Positions 20,788-28,906 are shown, counted from the stretch's first letter. The stretch: 50,223 nt of DNA from Puniceicoccaceae bacterium (GCA_040830765.1 JBFOMH010000023.1:1-50223), one strand, 5' to 3'. A program made the numbers and translations. Notes: generated by a model not told the origin, from the letters alone.

Positions 20788-21754
20788 GGCTAAAAGATGT
20801 TTTTTCGAGATTGGGTTTGAAGAAGCTGAACGTGATGGCCCAGCCAAGGCTGAGGAAAATGGCCCCGTTCAGGACATGAAGGGTTGTCTGGATCGGGGCC
20901 CGGGCTGACCAGATGATGCCCGCACCAAGGGCAATCTGGAGGTTCACCACTACAAAGGTGGCAACGGCGAGTTTCTTGACCGTATTGCTCGTCACCGGAC
21001 TGTGGACCAGGAAGACCACCCAGGCCGATACAAGGATGAAAATGAGCAAGGCCATTCCCCGGTGGGCAAAATTCAATTGCGTGGCCCAATTCCAGGAGAT
21101 CGGCAAAAGGCCACCATCCGGCGCGCTGTGGGGGAAATAAGGAATGGCCAATCCGGCACCGCTGTGCCGCATGATGGCGCCCACGACCAGCTGAGCCATG
21201 GTCAGGAGGCAGATGGAGAGGCCCACCGTTCTCAGCCAGACCCATTTGGACTGGCCATCCGGATCCTCAGGTGCCCGAATGTTGCGCCACCAGCGGGAGC
21301 TGCCAACGGCGACAGCGGTGAGGGTACAGAGGAAAACTTGTGCCGTCACGCCGTGCACCTTGGCGAGGTCGACATTGACCAACAGAACGCGTGCCCCGCC
21401 GAGTAATCCCTGGAAGATGACCAGGGCGAGGGCGATGTAGCTGAGGCGCCGGAGCCAGCTGCGCTCCTCAACCTTCCACATCCAGATGCAGAGGATGATG
21501 CATAACGTTCCAACGGTGGCTCCCAGCAGCCGGTGGCCGTGCTCCGCCATCATCGCTTGGTCCGTCGTCCAGCCGGGTGGATTCAGAGAGCCGTTGGAAA
21601 GGGGCCAGTCCGGAAAGACCATACCCGCACCAATCGTCGTGGTAAACCCTCCGGCATAAAGCAGCAAAAGCGTCACCGCCAAGGTCAGGAAACAATAGCC
21701 CGCCAGCCACCGCTTGTGCGCACCGGTTTCCATGTTCCTTTCATTGTCTGCCAT
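20780..21754 (-). CDS. ctaA: heme A synthase (COX15/CtaA)
   Basis: AGMVFPDWPLSNG, EHGHRLLG, QGLLGG.RV, VHG, AHR and LHV motifs. Start uncertain. Confidence 0.92.
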   Translation of the reverse strand: MADNERNMETGAHKRWLAGYCFLTLAVTLLLLYAGGFTTTIGAGMVFPDWPLSNGSLNPPGWTTDQAMMAEHGHRLLGATVGTLCIILCIWMWKVEERSWLRRLSYIALALVIFQGLLGGARVLLVNVDLAKVHGVTAQVFLCTLTAVAVGSSRWWRNIRAPEDPDGQSKWVWLRTVGLSICLLTMAQLVVGAIMRHSGAGLAIPYFPHSAPDGGLLPISWNWATQLNFAHRGMALLIFILVSAWVVFLVHSPVTSNTVKKLAVATFVVVNLQIALGAGIIWSARAPIQTTLHVLNGAIFLSLGWAITFSFFKPNLEKTSFSHG

Positions 21755-21943
21755 ATTTAGGGATGGTTGTGGGGAGCCGGTTCCGCCGCCACGCACTGCA
21801 CTGTCCATGCGCCTTGGCGACCGGGAATAGATGCCCTAAAGGTTCCAATTCGCCAGCGTTTGACAACTGTAGATACCCGGGCCAGCTTAACTAACAGGTA
21901 TCGTAATTAAACTCTGAGCGCATATAAAAAATTCTTATAGACC

Positions 21944-22807
21944 ATGTTAGGAAATAAACAGACTCTGGCACACTGGTTAACGGCCTTTTTCACAGCCGCC
22001 ATTATGGCAACAGCGCTGTCTGGAGAAAGCGTAGAAGGGGTCATTCGCTCCGTTGACCCGGAGGCTCTTGAAGCAGTGCTGGACACCGGCCCCTCAAGGC
22101 AAGGCGAGGTGGCCGTGACGATTAGCCGGGGAGACGCCCGGATTCTACAGGCAGGCGATCCAGTCAGGGGCGAGCTTGTTCCCTATGGAGCGGGTCAGCG
22201 GCTACAGACAATCTGGCCCAACGATCCGGTAGCCCGTGGCACCATTGCCCGCCTGGGCCAGGCCCTGCGCAAGGATACCCTGCATCGCGGATCAAAAGTC
22301 TTCCGGGGAGTTGGTGAGTACATGCCGAAATTCGCCCTCTATGATACGGATGGCAGCCTCTTCCTGAGTGAATCCCTGAAGGGTAATTACGTCATCATGA
22401 ATTTCATCTTCACCCGATGTGCAAATCCCAACATGTGTCCGGCCGCCACTGCCCGGATGAAGGAACTTCAGGACATGGCCCGGGAAGACGACATCAAGGA
22501 CCTCCGGCTGGTATCGGTTACCCTGGATCCGGAATATGACACGCCGGGTATTTTTACAGCCTATGCCGCCGATAAGGGATTGGACACCGCGACCTTTCAT
22601 CTGCTCGGTGGTCCCGTCCAGATTGTGGAGGACCTGAAGGTGCAAATGGGCGTGCTGGCGGAACCCGACGAGGAGGAAATTGTCCGCCACACGATGTCGA
22701 CCGCCCTCATCGATCCCACCGGCAAAATCATCTACCGCATCCCCGGGAGCATGTGGAGCCCAGCCGCTTTTTTGAAGCAGTACATGAAGCATAGGGCAAA
22801 GGAGTAG
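21944..22807 (+). CDS. SCO/SenC family copper chaperone with N-terminal extra domain
   Basis: FIFTRCANPNMCP, LVSVTLDPEYDTP and conserved His (RHTMSTALIDP.G); signal peptide. Confidence 0.9.
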   Translation: MLGNKQTLAHWLTAFFTAAIMATALSGESVEGVIRSVDPEALEAVLDTGPSRQGEVAVTISRGDARILQAGDPVRGELVPYGAGQRLQTIWPNDPVARGTIARLGQALRKDTLHRGSKVFRGVGEYMPKFALYDTDGSLFLSESLKGNYVIMNFIFTRCANPNMCPAATARMKELQDMAREDDIKDLRLVSVTLDPEYDTPGIFTAYAADKGLDTATFHLLGGPVQIVEDLKVQMGVLAEPDEEEIVRHTMSTALIDPTGKIIYRIPGSMWSPAAFLKQYMKHRAKE

Positions 22808-22813
22808 CCTTAA

Positions 22814-22868
22814 GGAGTCGGGCCTTCAGGCCCGGTTACGTCGCGACCGGGCCTGAAGGCCCGACTCC
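22814..22868. repeat. REP-doublet (REPIN-like) perfect inverted repeat
   Basis: GGAGTCGGGCCTTCAGGCCCGGT - 9 nt - ACCGGGCCTGAAGGCCCGACTCC: 23-bp perfect arms, each with an internal palindrome. Confidence 0.85.
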
Positions 22869-22921
22869 CGAAGTTTTCTTAGGGTTGCAAATCAACAAGT
22901 ATTCGTTCCATTGACACAACC

Positions 22922-23815
22922 ATGTCCCGAGCTGCCCATATCTTCCTCATCACCCTTGGCTGCGTGGCCGTCTTTATCGGTCTGCGTTCCCTGCCGGTAG
23001 AGAAATGTGAATTCCTCCACTACGGGGAGTTCATCAACAAGGAGGGTGTCATCGAGGGCTGTGGTTACGAGGAAACGGAATTCTTCAATATGGAAGAAAT
23101 CCGCTTCCCCATCATTGCCGAGCTGACTCCCCTGACCGAACCGGTCATCGGGGAACCGGTCACCTGCTCCCTGACTCTGTTTACGACCACCGGCAAGCCA
23201 ATCAAGTGGGACGAGATTGCCGTTTCCCACACCGAGCGGGTACACGCCATGGTCGTCGATCCGTCGCTTGAGGATTATCAGCATGTGCATCCGCAACCTG
23301 CCGGACCAGCCGGTCATTACCTGGTTGAGGTGACTCCCAAGAAGCCAGGCCCGTATTCCGTCTACCTTGATTTCATACCGCTGATCAGCAGCCGCCGGAC
23401 CTTGCTGGAGAGCGGTTTCGAGGTCCGGGGTGAAGCGGAAGCACCCGTTGCCGCGACCCGCCTCCAGAGCAGGGAAGAGGAATATACCTTCACATTTGTC
23501 CCGGGTAGCGATTCTCTGGTGACAGGCCAGGAGTTGGCCTTCGAGCTGCAGGTTGCGCGCGACGATGGCTCCCCTACCCGCTTCAGTCCGGTCATGGATT
23601 CCTTTGCCCACGTTGTCGCCTTTGATGCTGCCGGCACCGGCTTTGCCCACCTCCATCCACGGAATCCGCTCATCGAGGGACAGGATCCCTTGAGCCCCGA
23701 CTTGAATTTCACCATCCAGTTCGAGCAACCCGGGCATTACCGCATATGGGCCCAGTTCATCGTCGACGGACGCCATGTTTTCGCTCCCTTTGACGTCATA
23801 GTGGGGCCTGCTTGA
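22922..23815 (+). CDS. putative metal (Cu)-binding membrane-anchored protein with two His-motif repeats
   Basis: Two repeats: HTERVHAMVV...YQHVHP...PGPY and MDSFAHVV...FAHLHP...PGHYRIWAQF; lies between SCO and DUF420. Confidence 0.7.
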   Translation: MSRAAHIFLITLGCVAVFIGLRSLPVEKCEFLHYGEFINKEGVIEGCGYEETEFFNMEEIRFPIIAELTPLTEPVIGEPVTCSLTLFTTTGKPIKWDEIAVSHTERVHAMVVDPSLEDYQHVHPQPAGPAGHYLVEVTPKKPGPYSVYLDFIPLISSRRTLLESGFEVRGEAEAPVAATRLQSREEEYTFTFVPGSDSLVTGQELAFELQVARDDGSPTRFSPVMDSFAHVVAFDAAGTGFAHLHPRNPLIEGQDPLSPDLNFTIQFEQPGHYRIWAQFIVDGRHVFAPFDVIVGPA

Positions 23816-23832
23816 AGCATCATTGGGAAGAA

Positions 23833-24357
23833 ATGACCAACAAGACTGCCATTACGAGCATCCTCGTCGTCAGTGCCGCGGCCATCGCGTTCCTGTTCTG
23901 GATTATCTACGGGGTTGAAAGCTCAGCGGATGCCTCAAAGTGGGCCTTCCTGCCAGCCACGAATGCCCTCCTCAACGCCTGCAGTGCCAGTGCCCTCGTC
24001 ATTGGGATATATCACATTCGCCGGGGCAACAAACGCGCCCACGGACTCAGCATGGCAACCGCCTTTGCCGCTTCATCGCTTTTCCTTGTTGGCTACATCA
24101 TTCACCACACCCTGCACGGGGATACCCGGTTCCTGACCACCGGTTGGCTCCGACCGACCTACTTCTTCATTCTCATTACGCACATCGTCCTCTCCATCGT
24201 CGTTCTCCCGATGGTCCTGACGACCCTCTTCTTTGCCACGACCAAGCGCTGGAATGCCCACCGGGCACTGGCCCGCTGGACCTGGCCATTATGGCTTTAT
24301 GTCTCTGTAACGGGGGTGTTAGTCTTTGTTTTTCTGCGGATACTGAACACAGCCTAG
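23833..24357 (+). CDS. DUF420 family membrane protein
   Basis: LPATNALLN, H...M, S.LFLVGY..HH, YFFILITHIVLS and H..LARWT.PLWLYVSVTGV motifs. Confidence 0.92.
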   Translation: MTNKTAITSILVVSAAAIAFLFWIIYGVESSADASKWAFLPATNALLNACSASALVIGIYHIRRGNKRAHGLSMATAFAASSLFLVGYIIHHTLHGDTRFLTTGWLRPTYFFILITHIVLSIVVLPMVLTTLFFATTKRWNAHRALARWTWPLWLYVSVTGVLVFVFLRILNTA

Positions 24358-25352
24358 GGAACCGGAGCGAGGACGACCCATTCCCGGGCCGTGTAGTCCC
24401 AGAACCAGAAGGATCCGGGAACTTCCGGATAATACAGCCAACCATTGCGGTTGTAGACATACATGTTGGGATACATGCCATCCTGCGTCCACAGCCATCC
24501 GACTCCCGGAGCATAGGCGTACAAACTGTCATCAGTGCCATCACAATAGGTCCAGCCCCAGCCAACATGGCTGATCCATGGGGAATCAATCGATGGCGCC
24601 CAGATCGTTCCGATGCAACCGCTCTCACGCCAGCCTCCTCCGAGATTGGTCGAGTCGTCCCATATGCCTGTCCCCGGTTGAGGATTCCATGCTTCCTCGT
24701 CACCGATTAACTTGAGTTCGACGTCGGCCAGGAAGCCACCGACACTTAACGTGAGCTGGAGTTCGACAAATCCGACATTGCGCCCCATCCACATGGTGAC
24801 TGGTTGGTCGTCATCGGCAAAGAAGGTCACCGGCACGGTCTCCACCTCCCACCCCTGGGCAGTTGTCCGGGGCTCAAATTCCCCGATGCGGACATAGTCG
24901 GTGATCGTCTCAAGCTCAAGATTGGCGGTGTAGGTGTAATTCGTATTGAGCTCAAAGTGCCTTGGCATAAGGGCCGCCGGCGCAAGGTAGGTTTCCGGCA
25001 GGTATTCAAAGACGGATCCCATGAAACGAACAACGGAGACCCGGTTCTCCATCAACAGGTCGGTCTCCGACATCCGGACACGCAGGTTCTGGATAAATAC
25101 GTAATCCCCACCCTGAACCTGCATCAGGAAGTGCCACGCCTTTGCCCCGGGCTCAAATAGGCTGGTTGATTCCTCAACCGATATAAATCCAGTCAGGTCC
25201 ATGCTGACAAAGGGAAGAGTTGCTGTCCCTTCCAAGTCCCAGATCTTGGCTCCCCGCATTTCCAGGAAGTCCGATATTTCCAGTGCACCGGCAGAGTTCG
25301 GCACCACCAAAGCAAGGCACGCCAACAGCGCACCGAATAAAATAGGTTTCAT
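24354..25352 (-). CDS. secreted hypothetical protein with Trp/Tyr-rich C-terminal domain
   Basis: Signal peptide MKPILFG...AGA; C-terminus GGGWRES...PWISH.GWGWTY...GWLWT...YP.MY...GWLYY...WFWDY...W. Confidence 0.8.
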   Translation of the reverse strand: MKPILFGALLACLALVVPNSAGALEISDFLEMRGAKIWDLEGTATLPFVSMDLTGFISVEESTSLFEPGAKAWHFLMQVQGGDYVFIQNLRVRMSETDLLMENRVSVVRFMGSVFEYLPETYLAPAALMPRHFELNTNYTYTANLELETITDYVRIGEFEPRTTAQGWEVETVPVTFFADDDQPVTMWMGRNVGFVELQLTLSVGGFLADVELKLIGDEEAWNPQPGTGIWDDSTNLGGGWRESGCIGTIWAPSIDSPWISHVGWGWTYCDGTDDSLYAYAPGVGWLWTQDGMYPNMYVYNRNGWLYYPEVPGSFWFWDYTAREWVVLAPVP

Positions 25353-25451
25353 GTTCTTGCCCTCCAACTGTTGTTACCCAAACCCACGCCCATGTCAGGT
25401 CGTGGACCATTGATGATGAACAAACAGGGGAGAATTGGCAACGCCAATCGT

Positions 25452-26384
25452 CTACCCGCGCCGAGAACCGAGCCCGGCCAGAATCGCTGTGAGACTTTCC
25501 AAATACGGCATCTTGACCCCACGCCCTGTCCCCGCCTCCAACGGCTTGCGGAAAATGGCCTTCACCTCCAGTTGTCGCCCGGCCAGCCAGTCATGGACAC
25601 TGGATGCCATATAGGGACCCAGCTTGTCAGTAAAGCCAAGCAGTTTGTCGGTGTACTCGGGTTCAATCGCATAGCCAAGGGTATTGCCGGCTTGCCTGAT
25701 TTCCTCCATCAGGCCACGGGCGACGGACCGCAGGGCGGGATCTCCACATACGGCATCCGTTGGCTTGCCCCCAATGGCCACCGTCAGGCCGTTGAAGGGG
25801 ACATTCCACATCAACTTGCGCCAGAGGGCTTCCCCGAGCGACGGGGTGGTCCGGGTATTGATTCCAGCCCCGGAAAGGAGTTTCTGGATGGTCTCAAGAT
25901 CGCTCTCGGATGCCTGGGCGCTCTTCCCTAACAGGACAAATCCATCCTTGGGGACAAAACTGCGGATCCGTCCCGGTGCCTCGCGGTTGACTCCAATTTG
26001 GCAGAGGGCGCCTATAACCGGGTTCCCCGGAAAAAGCTCCTCCAAAGCTTCCACATTGCCGAGTCCATTTTGGATCGTCACAAGGACCGTTTCAGGACCA
26101 ACAACAGCTGGTAACAACTCTGGGAACAGATAATTACGGGTCGTCTTGAGGCCAATAATGACGCAGTCGGCCGGGCCCATTTCCCTGACTGAATGATGCA
26201 CGCCCGGATTTTCTAATCGTATGGCAGTTCCATCGGATAGGATCAGCTTCATGCCCGATTCCCTGACTGCATCATAATCCGAACGGAGCAGGAAGCTTAC
26301 TGAATTACCCGCATGCGCAAGGCGAATACCAAAGTAGCTCCCCAAGGCACCGGCACCAATAATGGCCACATTCGACTTCTCCAT
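25452..26384 (-). CDS. panE: 2-dehydropantoate 2-reductase (ketopantoate reductase)
   Basis: IIGAGALG, IIGLKT, IQNGLG, WRKLMWNVPFN and SSVHD..AGRQLE motifs. Confidence 0.9.
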   Translation of the reverse strand: MEKSNVAIIGAGALGSYFGIRLAHAGNSVSFLLRSDYDAVRESGMKLILSDGTAIRLENPGVHHSVREMGPADCVIIGLKTTRNYLFPELLPAVVGPETVLVTIQNGLGNVEALEELFPGNPVIGALCQIGVNREAPGRIRSFVPKDGFVLLGKSAQASESDLETIQKLLSGAGINTRTTPSLGEALWRKLMWNVPFNGLTVAIGGKPTDAVCGDPALRSVARGLMEEIRQAGNTLGYAIEPEYTDKLLGFTDKLGPYMASSVHDWLAGRQLEVKAIFRKPLEAGTGRGVKMPYLESLTAILAGLGSRRG

Positions 26385-26434
26385 GCCCCTCATAGAAGAC
26401 GGCCAACCACCGGTGTCAATGCACCGGAGGGCAC

Positions 26435-26466
26435 AAAAAAAGGACGCCTCGTTCTGAAGGCGTCCT
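26435..26466 (-). terminator. intrinsic terminator after the TonB-CTD gene
   Basis: Minus strand AGGACGCCT-loop-AGGCGTCCT followed by a T run, about 25 nt after the stop codon. Confidence 0.85.
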
Positions 26467-26490
26467 GTCGATAAAGGTTAAACTGGAGGA

Positions 26491-26823
26491 TTAGCTGAAG
26501 TTCACCACCTGGCGGTAGGTGACACCCTGGACTTCCGGGGCCTTGAAGCGCCACTGGCGGACGGCTTCCTCCACTTTGGCCGCGTAAACGGTGTCGTCTG
26601 CCGACTCGATGTGGATGTTCGCGGTTTCCCCGTTTTCATTGATCTCGAAGGTCACGACCACGGTTCCTGTCGCTCCCCAGCGGGTCTGCGAGTACGGGAC
26701 TTCCGGCTCGACGATCTTGAGCGCTTCAGGCGCCTTGACTTCCGGAGTCTCCGGAGCCGCGTTGATAATCCCTCCACTGAGTGCGATAATGGACAGGGCG
26801 ATGAGTACGTTCTTGGTTTTCAT
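26491..26823 (-). CDS. small TonB C-terminal domain protein with signal peptide
   Basis: P.VP...GATGTVVVTFEINENG...NI.I...F/Y...V..AVRQWRFKA TonB-CTD pattern; 110 aa with no long Pro-rich linker. Confidence 0.85.
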   Translation of the reverse strand: MKTKNVLIALSIIALSGGIINAAPETPEVKAPEALKIVEPEVPYSQTRWGATGTVVVTFEINENGETANIHIESADDTVYAAKVEEAVRQWRFKAPEVQGVTYRQVVNFS

Positions 26824-26923
26824 GATGCGATAGATGTTTGAATGTTAGCGATAGAGAGTGGTCATTTGCTGGTTCGTCTGTATCCGAATTCCGGTTACAG
26901 GAAGTTCAGTCCATTGACATGAA

Positions 26924-27013
26924 TCAGTAGGCGTTCTTGTGCTGGACGGCTTCCTTCAGTTCGAAGGCACCGTAGCTCAGGAGGCAGGCAGAGATGAAGA
27001 GGATGAGTGTCAT
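26924..27013 (-). CDS. small hydrophobic peptide MTLILFISACLLSYGAFELKEAVQHKNAY (29 aa; not in the ORF track)
   Basis: ATG 27013 with AAGGA 6 nt upstream, TGA at 26924-26926; first ORF after a sigma54-type promoter. Confidence 0.6.
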   Translation of the reverse strand: MTLILFISACLLSYGAFELKEAVQHKNAY

Positions 27014-27047
27014 TGTTTTTCCTTTTGTTTAAATTCGCCTTCTCTAA

Positions 27048-27064
27048 TGCCGGGACCGTGCCAA
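27048..27064 (-). promoter_or_regulatory. sigma54 (-24/-12) promoter
   Basis: TTGGCACGGTCCCGGCA: perfect TGGCACG and exact GG-N10-GC spacing; the TT before GC is replaced by CG. Confidence 0.75.
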
Positions 27065-27093
27065 CTTTTTTTAAATTCGCACAAGTTGTTTTA

Positions 27094-27106
27094 AATCAGT
27101 TACTTA
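27094..27106. promoter_or_regulatory. IHF-like site
   Basis: AATCAGTTACTTA, one mismatch to WATCAANNNNTTR, in an AT-rich tract between promoter and enhancer. Confidence 0.5.
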
Positions 27107-27180
27107 AAAATTTAATAAATTTCCTCCCACTCCTTGTTTTGGTTTTTGCCACCAAAATTTTGCGCCACAGGGACAGTGCG

Positions 27181-27198
27181 TGTCCCATTATTGGGACA
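27181..27198. promoter_or_regulatory. palindromic enhancer (bEBP upstream activating sequence) candidate
   Basis: TGTCCCA-TTAT-TGGGACA perfect palindrome; extra GGGACA half-site at 27170-27175; about 150 bp upstream of the predicted sigma54 start. Confidence 0.6.
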
Positions 27199-27334
27199 GC
27201 CCGCGTGCCCCCGGAAGCCCATCCTGCTCCCGGGCCATTAAATTCTACCCTCCTTCCCCCCAATCTCGCTTGACACCCCCTTCTCCATCTCCACCTTTCC
27301 TATCTTTCCTTCTTCACCAGAAGGTCGTAAATGG

Positions 27335-27419
27335 GCTCAGGTGGTGGAATTGGTAGACACGCTGTCTTCAGGCGGCAGTGCCTTCGGGTGTAAGGGTTCG
27401 AGTCCCTTCCTGAGCACCA
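27335..27419 (+). tRNA. tRNA-Leu (CAG)
   Basis: GCTCAGGTGGTGGAATTGGTAGACAC-CTGTCTTCAGGCGGCAG-variable arm-GGTTCGAGTCCC-CTGAGCACCA. Confidence 0.97.
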
Positions 27420-27551
27420 TGCTTCGCTCTCAAGAGCTCCGCATGGCGCAGCCATGGAGGAGAGCCTGCAGTACCCTGCTGAGACCAAAGTCCTCTGGGA
27501 TCGGCCCTTTCCAAGCTTGCCCTGTACTTGGCGGACAACTATAATGCGGAC

Positions 27552-28844
27552 ATGAATCGCAGATGTTTTCTCGGGGCAATTGGGGGTGCGTCCACCCTTC
27601 TAATGTGCCGACCACCGACAATGGGCGCAACGCGGGCCGAACCAATATATTCTGGCCTGCAGGGGATGCATGGGTTACCGGCTGCCAAGGATTACATGTT
27701 GGGATATCCCATCAACATGAACACCCCTCCGGAAGGCTTTTTCGAGTGGAAGAAGCAACTGTCTGAGGTGGGGCTGGACCGCTTTGCCTACAACAATGTG
27801 GGCAATCCCAAGGTACACAGCCACATCCCGTTCAATACACATCCCATGGAACGGGAGGTTATTCGTCACTTCGGAAACGTCTTTCACTTTCCGCCCGACA
27901 ACGCATGGGGATTCCTCTCCCACAGCGGAACAGACAGCAACATGCACGGCATGTATTACGGACGGACCATCCTTCATGGAAAGACAGGACTGGTGCCCAA
28001 GGCGTATTTCACAAAGGAGGCTCACTATTCGATGCAAATCCTACGGGATCTGCTGGGGATGGAATGGGTGGAAGTCGGCACACTGCCGGATGGGGCCATG
28101 GATACGGCAGATCTGGCTCGTTGCCTGGCCGACAATCCCGACCATCCCGCCCTTGTTTGCGCCACGACGGGAACCACCTTCAAGGGCGCGGTCGACTCCA
28201 TCGACGCCATCGGCAAGGTTCTGGGCGATCGGGTGGCCTATCTCCATGTGGACGCGGCCTTGTTTGGCGGATACCTGCCTCACACTGAGTTCGCCAGGGA
28301 GCTCTTCCAGACCGTTGATGGCCGGCACCGGTATGACTCCATTGCCGTTTCCTGCCACAAGTTCTTCGGAGTCGCCTCCCCTGCGGGCCTGTTCGTCACT
28401 ACCCAGCGGACCTTCGATGATTTTCTCCGCCTCTTTAGTGGAGTCCATGATCCGGAATACATCCTCCATGTGCCGGGTACAATCACTTGCTCAAGGGATG
28501 GCGTAAAACCCGCCGAATTCCTCTACCATTGTAAGGAAGAGGCGGTTACCCAGCGGATCGCCGATACGCAATTAATTCTCCATAATGCCCGCTATCTCTA
28601 TCGGCAACTGAAGGAGCACTACCCGCACCTGCAGCCGGTTCTGGCTAATGAACTCTCCAACACGGTTTACTTTCGGAAGCCGGATGATGTCCTGGTCAAC
28701 AAGTATTCGCTGGCCACGATGAAGCTTCAAAAGGAAGACCGCCAGGAGGCCTACGCACATATTGTCGTAATGCCTCATGCCACCCAGCCGGTCCTTGACC
28801 ACTTTCTCGAGGACCTTGCCAAGGCCGACCGTTCAGTGGCCTGA
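27552..28844 (+). CDS. PLP-dependent group II decarboxylase (histidine/serine decarboxylase-like) with twin-arginine signal
   Basis: GYPIN, NNVG, WGF...GTDSN, HYS, GTTFKGAVD, HVDAALFG, SCHKFFG (PLP Lys) and TITCSRDG motifs; N-terminus MNRRCFLGAIGG. Confidence 0.85.
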   Translation: MNRRCFLGAIGGASTLLMCRPPTMGATRAEPIYSGLQGMHGLPAAKDYMLGYPINMNTPPEGFFEWKKQLSEVGLDRFAYNNVGNPKVHSHIPFNTHPMEREVIRHFGNVFHFPPDNAWGFLSHSGTDSNMHGMYYGRTILHGKTGLVPKAYFTKEAHYSMQILRDLLGMEWVEVGTLPDGAMDTADLARCLADNPDHPALVCATTGTTFKGAVDSIDAIGKVLGDRVAYLHVDAALFGGYLPHTEFARELFQTVDGRHRYDSIAVSCHKFFGVASPAGLFVTTQRTFDDFLRLFSGVHDPEYILHVPGTITCSRDGVKPAEFLYHCKEEAVTQRIADTQLILHNARYLYRQLKEHYPHLQPVLANELSNTVYFRKPDDVLVNKYSLATMKLQKEDRQEAYAHIVVMPHATQPVLDHFLEDLAKADRSVA

Positions 28845-28906
28845 AATTGACGGGCAAGGAGGTCAGCAGGAGAATGCGCTCAACCATGAGCGCTGCAGGG
28901 ACCATT

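Noticed and set aside
22892..23776. 294-aa minus-strand ORF
   Set aside because: Antisense to the His-motif protein, which fits the SCO-DUF420 unit.
27007..27273. 88-aa hydrophobic + strand ORF
   Set aside because: It spans the AT-rich sigma54/IHF/enhancer region, and its F/L/K bias reflects base composition.
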